Of a stretch of DNA of 64,000 nucleotides, positions 1 through 14,672 are shown piece by piece. The notes below the pieces were generated by a model. That model did not search any database. It had not been told where the DNA came from and saw nothing but the letters and a program-made list of their open reading frames with translations. The translations under genes and the position numbers were made by a program. The first letter of the stretch is position 1. Each line of letters starts with the position of its first letter. Source of the stretch: Escherichia coli O157:H7 (GTDB lineage Bacteria > Pseudomonadota > Gammaproteobacteria > Enterobacterales > Enterobacteriaceae); assembly GCF_013167455.1 (NCBI RefSeq), contig NZ_CP038328.1. One strand, given 5' to 3'.

Positions 1-266
<266 letters not shown>

Positions 267-434
267 TCAAAATGTGTGATGGAAATCTCATAATTTTGTC
301 ACTTTTTGTCAACGAATCTTTTTTGTGAGAAATCGCAGGAAGAGGTGTTTTTTTACTTGAGGAATATCTCAAAGCGAGCCATATTTGATGAGATCGATAG
401 TGACTAAATCGCTTCAGTTTCACAACTGACAGAA

Positions 435-466
435 TAAAAAAACGGCAGCTCAAGGGCTGCCGTTTT
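435..466. terminator. Bidirectional rho-independent terminator-like hairpin downstream of bamD
   Basis: Stem acggcagc (442..449) / gctgccgt (456..463), flanked by an A-run upstream and T-run downstream. Confidence 0.6.
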
Positions 467-482
467 GTGTTTCAGGTTTCTG

Positions 483-1220
483 TTATGTATTGCTGCTGTT
501 TGCGGCGATGATTTTCGCTACTTTTTCAGCTTGCGCATTCATCTGCATCTGACGGTATGCATTTTCCATCAGCGGCAGCGCATCACGCGTAGCCTGGGTA
601 TCCGGGTAGTCGCGCAACATGCCTTCTACGCGGTTAACGACGGCAACCCATGCGCCACGTTCTGTATAGTACTCGGCCACGGAGTATTCATATTTCGCCA
701 GACGATCTTTCAGGAATACCAGACGTTTGGTGGCATCGGTGGTGTACTGACTGTTTGGATAGCCGCGCACCAGTTTGGAAAAGTCACTAAACGCAGCTCG
801 TGCATGTTGAGGATCGCGATCGCTACGGTCAACGCCAAAGAACCCTTGCAGCGCACTGTCATCCAGCGCCATATTGGTCAGGCCACGCATGTACATGACA
901 TAATCGATATTCGGATGGGTCGGGTTAAGGCGAATAAAACGATCGATGGCAGCCTGCGCTAACGGCAAATCGGCGTTTTTATAGTAGGCGTAGATGAGAT
1001 CCAGCTGCACCTGCTGCGAATACGGACCAAACGGATAGCGATTATCTAACGCTTCCAGTTGCGTTATTGCCTGTCTCCAGTTACCGTCCTGCAGCTTTTG
1101 TTGTGCAGTCGCGTAAATTTCATTTGGCGGATTATCAGGTACTTCTTCCTTTGACCCCGAGCAACCCGCCAAAAACAGGCTTAGTGTGGCGGCTGCCACC
1201 AGATATTTCATGCGCGTCAT
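483..1220 (-). CDS. bamD: Outer membrane protein assembly factor BamD (TPR lipoprotein)
   Basis: 245-aa ORF with ATG start; N-terminus [22 protein letters not shown] carries a lipobox. Confidence 0.95.
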
Positions 1221-1354
1221 GACGTTTTGACTTTCCTCAAAATGTAATACGGGAGATTCTCTGTTCCTGCTCCCGGTTAAGACCAGCTACAATAGCACAC
1301 TATATTAAACGGCAAAGCCGTAAAACCCCAACGATAAACGAAGAAGCAGTATAT

Positions 1355-2335
1355 ATGGCACAACGAGTACAGCTCACTGCAACGGTGTCCGAAAACCAAC
1401 TCGGTCAACGCTTAGATCAGGCTTTGGCCGAAATGTTCCCGGATTATTCACGTTCGCGAATAAAAGAATGGATCCTCGACCAGCGCGTGCTGGTTAACGG
1501 CAAACTTTGTGATAAGCCGAAAGAAAAAGTATTGGGTGGCGAGCAGGTTGCCATCAACGCTGAGATTGAAGAAGAAGCGCGTTTTGAACCGCAGGATATC
1601 CCGCTGGATATCGTCTATGAAGATGAAGATATCATCGTCATTAATAAACCGCGCGATCTGGTGGTACATCCTGGCGCGGGTAACCCGGATGGCACGGTAC
1701 TGAATGCGTTACTTCATTACTATCCGCCCATTGCTGATGTACCGCGTGCAGGCATCGTCCATCGTCTGGATAAAGACACCACTGGCCTGATGGTTGTGGC
1801 AAAAACCGTTCCGGCTCAGACGCGTTTAGTCGAATCTTTGCAAAGGCGTGAAATTACTCGTGAGTATGAAGCGGTGGCAATTGGTCATATGACCGCTGGC
1901 GGTACAGTAGATGAACCAATCAGCCGCCACCCGACCAAACGTACTCACATGGCGGTGCATCCGATGGGCAAACCGGCGGTGACTCACTATCGCATCATGG
2001 AACACTTCCGTGTGCACACGCGTCTGCGGTTGCGTCTGGAAACTGGACGTACGCACCAGATCCGCGTGCATATGGCCCATATCACTCATCCGCTGGTGGG
2101 CGATCCGGTTTATGGTGGCCGTCCGCGCCCGCCAAAAGGTGCTTCGGAAGCGTTTATCTCCACGCTGCGTAAATTTGACCGCCAGGCGCTTCATGCAACC
2201 ATGCTGCGTCTTTATCACCCGATCTCCGGTATCGAAATGGAATGGCATGCGCCTATTCCACAAGATATGGTGGAGCTGATTGAGGTGATGCGCGCCGATT
2301 TCGAAGAGCATAAAGATGAAGTGGACTGGTTATGA
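1355..2335 (+). CDS. rluD: 23S rRNA pseudouridine synthase RluD
   Basis: 326-aa ORF with S4 domain and RluA-family catalytic motif (HRLDKDTTGL). Confidence 0.95.
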   Translation: MAQRVQLTATVSENQLGQRLDQALAEMFPDYSRSRIKEWILDQRVLVNGKLCDKPKEKVLGGEQVAINAEIEEEARFEPQDIPLDIVYEDEDIIVINKPRDLVVHPGAGNPDGTVLNALLHYYPPIADVPRAGIVHRLDKDTTGLMVVAKTVPAQTRLVESLQRREITREYEAVAIGHMTAGGTVDEPISRHPTKRTHMAVHPMGKPAVTHYRIMEHFRVHTRLRLRLETGRTHQIRVHMAHITHPLVGDPVYGGRPRPPKGASEAFISTLRKFDRQALHATMLRLYHPISGIEMEWHAPIPQDMVELIEVMRADFEEHKDEVDWL

Positions 2336-3063
2336 GTAAGCTGATTGTCCCGCAGTGGCCGCTGCCAAAAGGTGTTGCGGCCTGTAGCTCTACTCGTATC
2401 GGCGGCGTGAGCTTGCCCCCGTATGACTCGCTCAACCTCGGTGCCCATTGTGGCGATAACCCGGATCACGTTGAGGAGAATCGCAAGCGACTTTTTGCTG
2501 CGGGCAATTTGCCTTCTAAACCGGTCTGGCTTGAGCAGGTACACGGCAAAGATGTGCTTAATCTTACTGGCGAACCTTATGCCTCAAAACGAGCAGATGC
2601 CTCTTATAGCAATACGCCCGGCAGGGTTTGCGCAGTGATGACTGCCGACTGCCTCCCTGTGCTGTTTTGCAATCGAGCGGGAACGGAAGTCGCCGCCGCT
2701 CATGCTGGCTGGCGTGGACTGTGCGCAGGCGTGCTGGAAGAGACAGTTTCCTGTTTTGCTGATAATCCAGAAAATATTCTCGCCTGGTTAGGGCCGGCAA
2801 TTGGCCCACGCGCGTTTGAAGTGGGGGCGGAGGTTCGCGAGGCGTTTATGGCAGTAGACGCCGAAGCGAGTACAGCTTTCATTCAGCATGGTGATAAGTA
2901 TCTGGCGGACATTTATCAGCTTGCCCGGCAGCGTCTGGCGAACGTGGGTGTTGAGCAAATTTTCGGCGGCGACCGTTGTACATATACGGAAAATGAGACT
3001 TTCTTCTCTTATCGTCGCGACAAGACCACCGGTCGTATGGCAAGTTTCATTTGGCTGATATAA
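2332..3063 (+). CDS. yfiH: YfiH/PgeF family laccase-domain protein (purine nucleoside phosphorylase / peptidoglycan editing factor)
   Basis: 243-aa ORF; start overlaps the rluD stop in an ATGA junction. Confidence 0.9.
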   Translation: MSKLIVPQWPLPKGVAACSSTRIGGVSLPPYDSLNLGAHCGDNPDHVEENRKRLFAAGNLPSKPVWLEQVHGKDVLNLTGEPYASKRADASYSNTPGRVCAVMTADCLPVLFCNRAGTEVAAAHAGWRGLCAGVLEETVSCFADNPENILAWLGPAIGPRAFEVGAEVREAFMAVDAEASTAFIQHGDKYLADIYQLARQRLANVGVEQIFGGDRCTYTENETFFSYRRDKTTGRMASFIWLI

Positions 3064-3124
3064 CCTAAAGAATCAAGACGATCCGGTACGCGTGATTTTC
3101 TTTTCACATTAATCTGGTCAATAA

Positions 3125-3155
3125 CCTTGAATAATTGAGGGATGACCTCATTTAA
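3125..3155 (+). promoter_or_regulatory. Candidate sigma32 heat-shock promoter for clpB
   Basis: ccttgaa (3125..3131), 14-nt spacer, cctcattta (3146..3154); resembles the CTTGAAA / CCCCATnT sigma32 consensus. Not validated. Confidence 0.45.
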
Positions 3156-3192
3156 TCTCCAGTAGCAACTTTGATCCGTTATGGGAGGAGTT

Positions 3193-5766
3193 ATGCGTCT
3201 GGATCGTCTTACTAATAAATTCCAGCTTGCTCTTGCCGATGCCCAATCACTTGCACTTGGGCACGACAACCAATTTATCGAACCACTTCATTTAATGAGC
3301 GCCCTGCTGAATCAGGAAGGGGGTTCGGTTAGTCCTTTATTAACATCCGCTGGCATAAATGCTGGCCAGTTGCGCACAGATATCAATCAGGCATTAAATC
3401 GTTTACCGCAGGTTGAAGGTACTGGTGGTGATGTCCAGCCATCACAGGATCTGGTGCGCGTTCTTAATCTTTGCGACAAGCTGGCGCAAAAACGTGGTGA
3501 TAACTTTATCTCGTCAGAACTGTTCGTTCTGGCGGCACTTGAGTCTCGCGGCACGCTGGCCGACATCCTGAAAGCAGCAGGGGCGACCACCGCCAACATT
3601 ACTCAAGCGATTGAACAAATGCGTGGAGGTGAAAGCGTGAACGATCAAGGTGCTGAAGACCAACGTCAGGCTTTGAAAAAATATACCATCGACCTTACCG
3701 AACGAGCCGAACAGGGCAAACTCGATCCGGTGATTGGTCGTGATGAAGAAATTCGCCGTACCATTCAGGTGCTGCAACGTCGTACTAAAAATAACCCGGT
3801 ACTGATTGGTGAACCCGGCGTCGGTAAAACTGCCATCGTTGAAGGTCTGGCGCAGCGTATTATCAACGGCGAAGTGCCGGAAGGGTTGAAAGGCCGCCGG
3901 GTACTGGCGCTGGATATGGGCGCGCTGGTGGCTGGGGCGAAATATCGCGGTGAGTTTGAAGAACGTTTAAAAGGCGTGCTTAACGATCTTGCCAAACAGG
4001 AAGGCAACGTCATCCTGTTTATCGACGAATTACATACCATGGTCGGCGCGGGTAAAGCCGATGGCGCAATGGACGCCGGAAACATGCTGAAACCGGCGCT
4101 GGCGCGTGGTGAATTGCACTGCGTAGGTGCCACGACGCTTGACGAATATCGCCAGTACATCGAAAAAGATGCTGCGCTGGAACGTCGTTTCCAGAAAGTG
4201 TTTGTTGCCGAGCCTTCTGTTGAAGATACCATTGCGATTCTGCGTGGCCTGAAAGAACGTTACGAATTGCACCACCATGTGCAAATTACTGACCCGGCAA
4301 TTGTTGCAGCGGCGACGTTGTCTCATCGCTACATTGCTGACCGTCAGCTGCCGGATAAAGCCATCGACCTGATCGATGAAGCAGCATCCAGCATTCGTAT
4401 GCAGATTGACTCAAAACCAGAAGAACTCGACCGACTCGATCGCCGTATCATCCAGCTCAAACTGGAACAACAGGCGTTAATGAAAGAGTCTGATGAAGCC
4501 AGTAAAAAACGTCTGGATATGCTCAACGAAGAACTGAGCGACAAAGAACGTCAGTACTCCGAGTTAGAAGAAGAGTGGAAAGCAGAGAAGGCATCGCTTT
4601 CTGGTACGCAGACCATTAAAGCGGAACTGGAACAGGCGAAAATCGCTATTGAACAGGCTCGCCGTGTGGGTGACTTGGCGCGGATGTCTGAACTGCAATA
4701 CGGCAAAATCCCGGAACTGGAAAAGCAACTGGAAGCCGCAACGCAGCTCGAAGGCAAAACTATGCGTCTGTTGCGTAATAAAGTGACCGACGCCGAAATT
4801 GCTGAAGTGCTGGCGCGTTGGACGGGGATTCCGGTTTCTCGCATGATGGAAAGCGAGCGCGAAAAACTGCTGCGTATGGAGCAAGAACTGCACCATCGCG
4901 TAATTGGTCAGAACGAAGCGGTTGATGCGGTATCTAACGCTATTCGTCGTAGCCGTGCGGGGCTGGCGGATCCAAATCGCCCGATTGGTTCATTCCTGTT
5001 CCTCGGCCCAACTGGTGTGGGGAAAACAGAGCTTTGTAAGGCGCTGGCGAACTTTATGTTTGATAGCGACGAGGCGATGGTCCGTATCGATATGTCCGAG
5101 TTTATGGAGAAACACTCGGTGTCTCGTCTGGTTGGTGCGCCTCCGGGATATGTCGGTTATGAAGAAGGTGGCTACCTGACCGAAGCGGTGCGTCGTCGTC
5201 CGTATTCCGTCATCCTGCTGGATGAAGTGGAAAAAGCGCATCCGGATGTCTTCAACATTCTGTTGCAGGTACTGGATGATGGGCGTCTGACTGACGGGCA
5301 AGGGAGAACGGTCGACTTCCGTAATACGGTCGTCATTATGACCTCTAACCTCGGTTCCGATCTGATTCAGGAACGCTTCGGTGAACTGGATTATGCGCAC
5401 ATGAAAGAGCTGGTGCTCGGTGTGGTAAGCCATAACTTCCGTCCGGAGTTCATTAACCGTATCGATGAAGTGGTGGTCTTCCATCCGCTGGGCGAACAGC
5501 ACATTGCCTCGATTGCGCAGATTCAGTTGAAACGTCTGTACAAACGTCTGGAAGAACGTGGTTATGAAATCCACATTTCTGACGAGGCGCTGAAACTGCT
5601 GAGCGAGAACGGTTACGATCCAGTCTATGGTGCACGTCCTTTGAAACGTGCTATCCAGCAGCAGATCGAAAACCCGTTGGCACAGCAAATACTGTCTGGT
5701 GAATTGGTTCCGGGTAAAGTTATTCGCCTGGAAGTTAATGAAGACCGGATTGTCGCCGTCCAGTAA
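3193..5766 (+). CDS. clpB: Chaperone ClpB (Hsp100 disaggregase), 857 aa
   Basis: ATG at 3193 after a ggagg RBS; N-terminus [18 protein letters not shown]; two AAA+ modules with Walker A motifs GEPGVGKT and GPTGVGKT. Confidence 0.95.
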
Positions 5767-5771
5767 TGATA

Positions 5772-5798
5772 AAACGAGCCCTTCGGGGCTCGTTTTTG
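5772..5798 (+). terminator. Rho-independent terminator downstream of clpB
   Basis: aacgagccc-ttcg-gggctcgtt hairpin followed by a T-run. Confidence 0.7.
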
Positions 5799-5859
5799 TC
5801 TATAAGTTAGACGGAAAAGACTATATTTAAGATGTTTTGCCTGAAAAATGAGCGAACGA

Positions 5860-5915
5860 TAAAGTTTTTATATTTTTCGCTTGTCAGGCCGGAATAACTC
5901 CCTATAATGCGCCAC
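5860..5915 (+). promoter_or_regulatory. rRNA operon promoter P1 with AT-rich UP element
   Basis: -35 ttgtca (5881..5886), 16-nt spacer, -10 tataat (5903..5908), GC-rich discriminator gcgccacc; AT-rich stretch immediately upstream. Confidence 0.75.
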
Positions 5916-5994
5916 CACTGACACGGAACAACGGCAAACACGCCGCCGGGTCAGCGGGGTTCTCCTGAGAATTCCGGCAGAGAAAGCAAAAATA

Positions 5995-6035
5995 AATGCT
6001 TGACTCTGTAGCGGGAAAGCGTATCATGCACACCC
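5995..6035 (+). promoter_or_regulatory. rRNA operon promoter P2
   Basis: -35 ttgact (6000..6005), 16-nt spacer, -10 tatcat (6022..6027), then GC-rich cacaccccgcgccgctg. Confidence 0.7.
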
Positions 6036-6063
6036 CGCGCCGCTGAGAAAAAGCGAAGCGGCA

Positions 6064-6076
6064 CTGCTCTTTAACA
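6064..6076 (+). promoter_or_regulatory. boxA antitermination element in the rRNA leader
   Basis: tgctctttaacaa matches the boxA consensus; a second copy (tgctctttaaaaa) lies in the 16S-23S spacer near 7984. Confidence 0.6.
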
Positions 6077-6208
6077 ATTTATCAGACAATCTGTGTGGGC
6101 ACTCGAAGATACGGATTCTTAACGTCGCAAGACGAAAAATGAATACCAAGTCTCAAGAGTGAACACGTAATTCATTACGAAGTTTAATTCTTTGAGCATC
6201 AAACTTTT

Positions 6209-7750
<1,542 letters not shown>

Positions 7751-7835
7751 CCTTAAAGAACTGTACTTTGCAGTGCTCACACAGATTGTCTGATAGAAAG
7801 TGAAAAGCAAGGCGTCTTGCGAAGCAGACTGACAC

Positions 7836-7911
7836 GTCCCCTTCGTCTAGAGGCCCAGGACACCGCCCTTTCACGGCGGTAACAGGGGTTCGAATCCCCT
7901 AGGGGACGCCA
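7836..7911 (+). tRNA. gltW: tRNA-Glu in the 16S-23S spacer
   Basis: 76-nt GTCCCCTTCGTCTAGAGGCCCAGGACACCGCCCTTTCACGGCGGTAACAGGGGTTCGAATCCCCTAGGGGACGCCA; TTCACGG anticodon loop context; encoded CCA end. Confidence 0.95.
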
Positions 7912-8104
7912 CTTGCTGGTTTGTGAGTGAAAGTCGCCGACCTTAATATCTCAAAACTCATCTTCGGGTGATGTTTGAGATATTTGCTCTTTAAAAATCT
8001 GGATCAAGCTGAAAATTGAAACACTGAACAACGAAAGTTGTTCGTGAGTCTCTCAAATTTTCGCAACATGATGATGAATCGAAAGAAACATCTTCGGGTT
8101 GTGA

Positions 8105-11007
<2,903 letters not shown>

Positions 11008-11099
11008 ACAACGCCGAAGGTGTTTTGGCGGATGAGAGAAGATTTTCGGCCTGATACAGATTAAATCAGAACGCAGAAGCGGTCTGATAAAACAGAATT

Positions 11100-11219
11100 T
11101 GCCTGGCGGCCTTAGCGCGGTGGTCCCACCTGACCCCATGCCGAACTCAGAAGTGAAACGCCGTAGCGCCGATGGTAGTGTGGGGTCTCCCCATGCGAGA
11201 GTAGGGAACTGCCAGGCAT
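11100..11219 (+). rRNA. rrfG: 5S ribosomal RNA
   Basis: TGCCTGGCGGCC...GAACTGCCAGGCAT, 120 nt. Confidence 0.95.
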
Positions 11220-11230
11220 CAAATTAAGCG

Positions 11231-11260
11231 AAAGGCCATCCGTCAGGATGGCCTTTTTGC
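11231..11260 (+). terminator. rRNA operon rho-independent terminator
   Basis: aggccatcc-gtca-ggatggcct hairpin followed by tttttg. Confidence 0.7.
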
Positions 11261-11278
11261 GTTGGTGAAAAAAATGCC

Positions 11279-11306
11279 TGATGCGACGCTGCGCGTCTTA
11301 TACTCC
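11279..11306. repeat. Degenerate REP-like element downstream of the rRNA operon
   Basis: gcctgatgcgacgctgcgcgtcttatac matches the 5' part of the REP consensus, then diverges. Confidence 0.4.
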
Positions 11307-11539
11307 CACATATGCCAGATTCAGCAACGGATACGGTTTCCCCAACTTGCCTACTTCCATACGTGTCCTCCTTACCAGAAATTTATCCTTAAGCTCCTCA
11401 ATAACCATTTTCCTGCTAACTAAATTCATGGTTAAGGTTGCATAATGATACGTAACAAATGTATAACATTTTCTTTGCCAAAAGAAATAAACAAAAGCGA
11501 CCGACAAAAGCATCGGATTACGGCAGGAGACATAATGGC

Positions 11540-12838
11540 ATGGCTGAAAGTACTGTAACGGCAGACAGCAAACTGACAAGTAGTGATACTCGTCGCCGCA
11601 TTTGGGCGATTGTGGGGGCCTCTTCAGGTAATCTGGTCGAGTGGTTCGATTTCTATGTCTACTCGTTCTGTTCACTCTACTTTGCCCACATCTTCTTCCC
11701 TTCCGGGAACACGACGACTCAACTACTACAAACAGCAGGTGTTTTTGCTGCGGGATTCCTGATGCGCCCAATAGGCGGTTGGCTATTTGGCCGTATAGCC
11801 GATAAACATGGTCGCAAAAAATCGATGCTGCTATCGGTGTGTATGATGTGTTTCGGCTCACTGGTAATCGCCTGTTTGCCTGGTTATGAAACAATCGGTA
11901 CGTGGGCTCCGGCATTATTGCTTCTCGCGCGTTTATTTCAGGGATTATCCGTTGGCGGAGAATATGGCACCAGCGCCACCTATATGAGTGAAGTTGCCGT
12001 TGAAGGGCGCAAAGGTTTTTACGCATCATTTCAGTATGTGACGTTGATCGGCGGACAACTGCTAGCCCTACTGGTTGTCGTGGTTTTACAACACACCATG
12101 GAAGACTCTGCACTCAGAGAGTGGGGATGGCGTATTCCTTTCGCGTTAGGAGCTGTGTTAGCTGTTGTGGCGTTGTGGTTACGTCGTCAGTTAGATGAAA
12201 CTTCGCAACAAGAAACGCGCGCTTTAAAAGAAGCTGGATCTCTGAAAGGATTATGGCGCAATCGCCGTGCATTCATCATGGTTCTCGGTTTTACCGCTGC
12301 GGGCTCCCTTTGTTTCTATACCTTCACCACTTATATGCAGAAGTATCTGGTAAATACTGCGGGAATGCATGCCAACGTGGCGAGTGGCATTATGACTGCC
12401 GCATTGTTTGTATTCATGCTTATTCAACCACTCATTGGCGCGCTGTCGGATAAGATTGGTCGCCGTACCTCAATGTTATGTTTCGGTTCGCTGGCAGCCA
12501 TTTTTACCGTTCCTATTCTCTCAGCATTGCAAAACGTTTCCTCGCCTTATGCCGCTTTTGGTCTGGTGATGTGTGCCCTGCTGATAGTGAGTTTTTATAC
12601 ATCAATCAGTGGAATACTGAAGGCTGAGATGTTCCCGGCACAGGTTCGCGCATTAGGCGTTGGTCTGTCATATGCGGTCGCTAATGCTATATTTGGTGGT
12701 TCGGCGGAGTACGTAGCGTTGTCGCTGAAATCAATAGGAATGGAAACAGCCTTCTTCTGGTATGTGACCTTGATGGCCGTGGTGGCGTTTCTGGTTTCTT
12801 TGATGCTACATCGCAAAGGGAAGGGGATGCGTCTTTAG
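11540..12838 (+). CDS. kgtP: Alpha-ketoglutarate:H+ symporter (MFS)
   Basis: 432-aa ORF from ATG 11540 ([12 protein letters not shown]...); MFS motifs and multiple hydrophobic segments. Confidence 0.9.
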   Translation: MAESTVTADSKLTSSDTRRRIWAIVGASSGNLVEWFDFYVYSFCSLYFAHIFFPSGNTTTQLLQTAGVFAAGFLMRPIGGWLFGRIADKHGRKKSMLLSVCMMCFGSLVIACLPGYETIGTWAPALLLLARLFQGLSVGGEYGTSATYMSEVAVEGRKGFYASFQYVTLIGGQLLALLVVVVLQHTMEDSALREWGWRIPFALGAVLAVVALWLRRQLDETSQQETRALKEAGSLKGLWRNRRAFIMVLGFTAAGSLCFYTFTTYMQKYLVNTAGMHANVASGIMTAALFVFMLIQPLIGALSDKIGRRTSMLCFGSLAAIFTVPILSALQNVSSPYAAFGLVMCALLIVSFYTSISGILKAEMFPAQVRALGVGLSYAVANAIFGGSAEYVALSLKSIGMETAFFWYVTLMAVVAFLVSLMLHRKGKGMRL

Positions 12839-13158
12839 TGACGGGTCAGTTGCCAGACGGTATAGCCGGTGCTTGCACCGGCGACATCCCAGGCCAAATC
12901 CTTCCAGCTCCAGCCGCTCCCTTCGGGGCGGCTATCCCAAAACTCTTTTGACGCCCCCAAACTGACAGAGAACATCAAACCAAACATGGCACTGCGATCC
13001 CGGCTCATCCCCTGATGCTGTGAATATTCATTTCCGGCGGCGGAAAGCATCGCCGAGGCGATAAAGTGTTGAGCTTTATCCTGCCCGCTCCAGCTATCGT
13101 TAGCCATATGGCTGCATCCAGAAAGTAACAATAGCGAACAGACAAAAAGAATACGCAA
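12835..13158 (-). CDS. yfiM: Small lipoprotein YfiM
   Basis: Open frame 12835..13179; lipobox LLLLSGC. Start set at TTG (13156..13158) to give about 107 aa; start uncertain. Stop overlaps the kgtP stop by 4 nt. Confidence 0.6.
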   Translation of the reverse strand: MRILFVCSLLLLSGCSHMANDSWSGQDKAQHFIASAMLSAAGNEYSQHQGMSRDRSAMFGLMFSVSLGASKEFWDSRPEGSGWSWKDLAWDVAGASTGYTVWQLTRH

Positions 13159-13170
13159 AACGTGGCCTCC

Positions 13171-13198
13171 AAAAAACAAACCCCGTACAGGACGGGGT
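13171..13198 (-). terminator. Hairpin downstream of pssA (candidate terminator)
   Basis: ccccgt (13181..13186) / acgggg (13192..13197), flanked by an A-run on the plus strand (T-run on the minus strand). Confidence 0.5.
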
Positions 13199-13203
13199 TG
13201 TGA

Positions 13204-14559
13204 TTACAGGATGCGGCTAATTAATCGGTCGATGCGGATACGGCGCAAACGGCGGATGAGTTTACGAACCTTCACCGGATAATCGGCAATACTTTGCAGA
13301 TCGCGATAGTGCTTAACGATGGTGGTATGCTCGCGGATCAGCTCCAGTTCTTTCTCTCGCTGCGGCGCAAGCTCCAGTTGTGGATCGTGGATCAAAATGG
13401 CGTTTTCCAGATCCAGACGCCAGGCGCGCGGGTTCAGGTTATTACCGGTGATCAACATCCACTTATCATCAACCCACATCCCTTTTAGGTGATAGGTGTT
13501 GTCGTCATCTTTCCATAACCGAACCACTAGCTGGTCAGTATTGACGTAATACTGCAAACGGCTCAGGAAACGACGCAGATTGATCTCATAGAGATAAGGC
13601 AATGCGCCAATTATCTTGAAAGGTTCATCTTCCGGAATGTAGAAGTCGTTCGCGGTTTTATCACCAACAATAATTTCGACCTTTTTCCCTTCGCGCAGCA
13701 ACTGGATAATATTGCGCACAAGGATTGCTGGCAGGTTGAAGTATGGCGTACAGATGGTTAGTTTCTGCTCGGCACAAGGCATAAGATGGAAAATGGTCTT
13801 GTTCAACAGACTCGATTTCCCCAGCCCCACTAGCGGCGTTACGGAAAGCTGATCGTTGTCGGCATCGCCCTGGAAATGATAAGCGGCATCACGCAGCTCC
13901 TGGCGGAACAGACGAATATCGTTCTTGATTTCCGGGCTTTTTGGCCGATTAACATCATCCAGACGATTAACGCCGCGGCCATTCATAATATTCTGTGTAA
14001 CCCATTCAAACATAATGTCTGACATCTTACGGTTACGGATAAGATGATAACGGTCGTAGCGATATTTATCGTGCTGATGCAGGTAAACATCGTTCAGGCT
14101 GGCACCGCTATAAAGTACGCTATCGTCGATGATAAAGCCTTTAAAGTGCAGAACACCAAGGGCTTCACGGGTATTGATTGGAACGCCATAAACCGGAACA
14201 TCTACGCCCGGATTTTCCTGCGCCATGCGACAGTACCAGTCAGCGTTAGTGTTAGATGCCGCAGCGCCAATGCGTCCACGTTGTGCACGATGCCAGTCGA
14301 CCAGCACCCGCACATCCAGTTCCGGACGCTGCCTTTTAGCTTCATACAACGCGTTCAGAATGCCTTTGCCACCGTCATCCTGTTCGAGATACAGGGCGAC
14401 AATGCAAATGCGCTGCTTCGCGCTGGCTATTTTTTCCAGCAGCGTCTCCCGGAAGTCGGCGGGAGCGTAAAAGAAATCGACATCATCAACTGATTGAGAA
14501 ATCTTGGGTAGTTGGGCAAGGTGTTGTTGATGTTTATTACGCTTAAATTTTGACAACAT
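13204..14559 (-). CDS. pssA: Phosphatidylserine synthase (CDP-diacylglycerol--serine O-phosphatidyltransferase)
   Basis: 451 aa from ATG 14557..14559 (MLSKFKRNKHQQHLAQL...); two PLD-like HKD motif regions. Confidence 0.9.
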   Translation of the reverse strand: MLSKFKRNKHQQHLAQLPKISQSVDDVDFFYAPADFRETLLEKIASAKQRICIVALYLEQDDGGKGILNALYEAKRQRPELDVRVLVDWHRAQRGRIGAAASNTNADWYCRMAQENPGVDVPVYGVPINTREALGVLHFKGFIIDDSVLYSGASLNDVYLHQHDKYRYDRYHLIRNRKMSDIMFEWVTQNIMNGRGVNRLDDVNRPKSPEIKNDIRLFRQELRDAAYHFQGDADNDQLSVTPLVGLGKSSLLNKTIFHLMPCAEQKLTICTPYFNLPAILVRNIIQLLREGKKVEIIVGDKTANDFYIPEDEPFKIIGALPYLYEINLRRFLSRLQYYVNTDQLVVRLWKDDDNTYHLKGMWVDDKWMLITGNNLNPRAWRLDLENAILIHDPQLELAPQREKELELIREHTTIVKHYRDLQSIADYPVKVRKLIRRLRRIRIDRLISRIL

Positions 14560-14672
14560 CACAGTGCATTTCTTCTCTGTTCATTGAAGGGTCCTCTGTG
14601 CAATGCAGACGACATAAGCGTGCAATAATAACACCAGTCCCGATTAAGTGGTCAACATTTCCAGTACCTTAC

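Noticed and set aside
11298-12113. 271-aa minus-strand ORF overlapping the kgtP 5' region and promoter.
   Set aside because: Antisense to a well-supported transporter gene, no RBS or recognisable domain, Arg/Cys/His-rich composition typical of spurious antisense frames.
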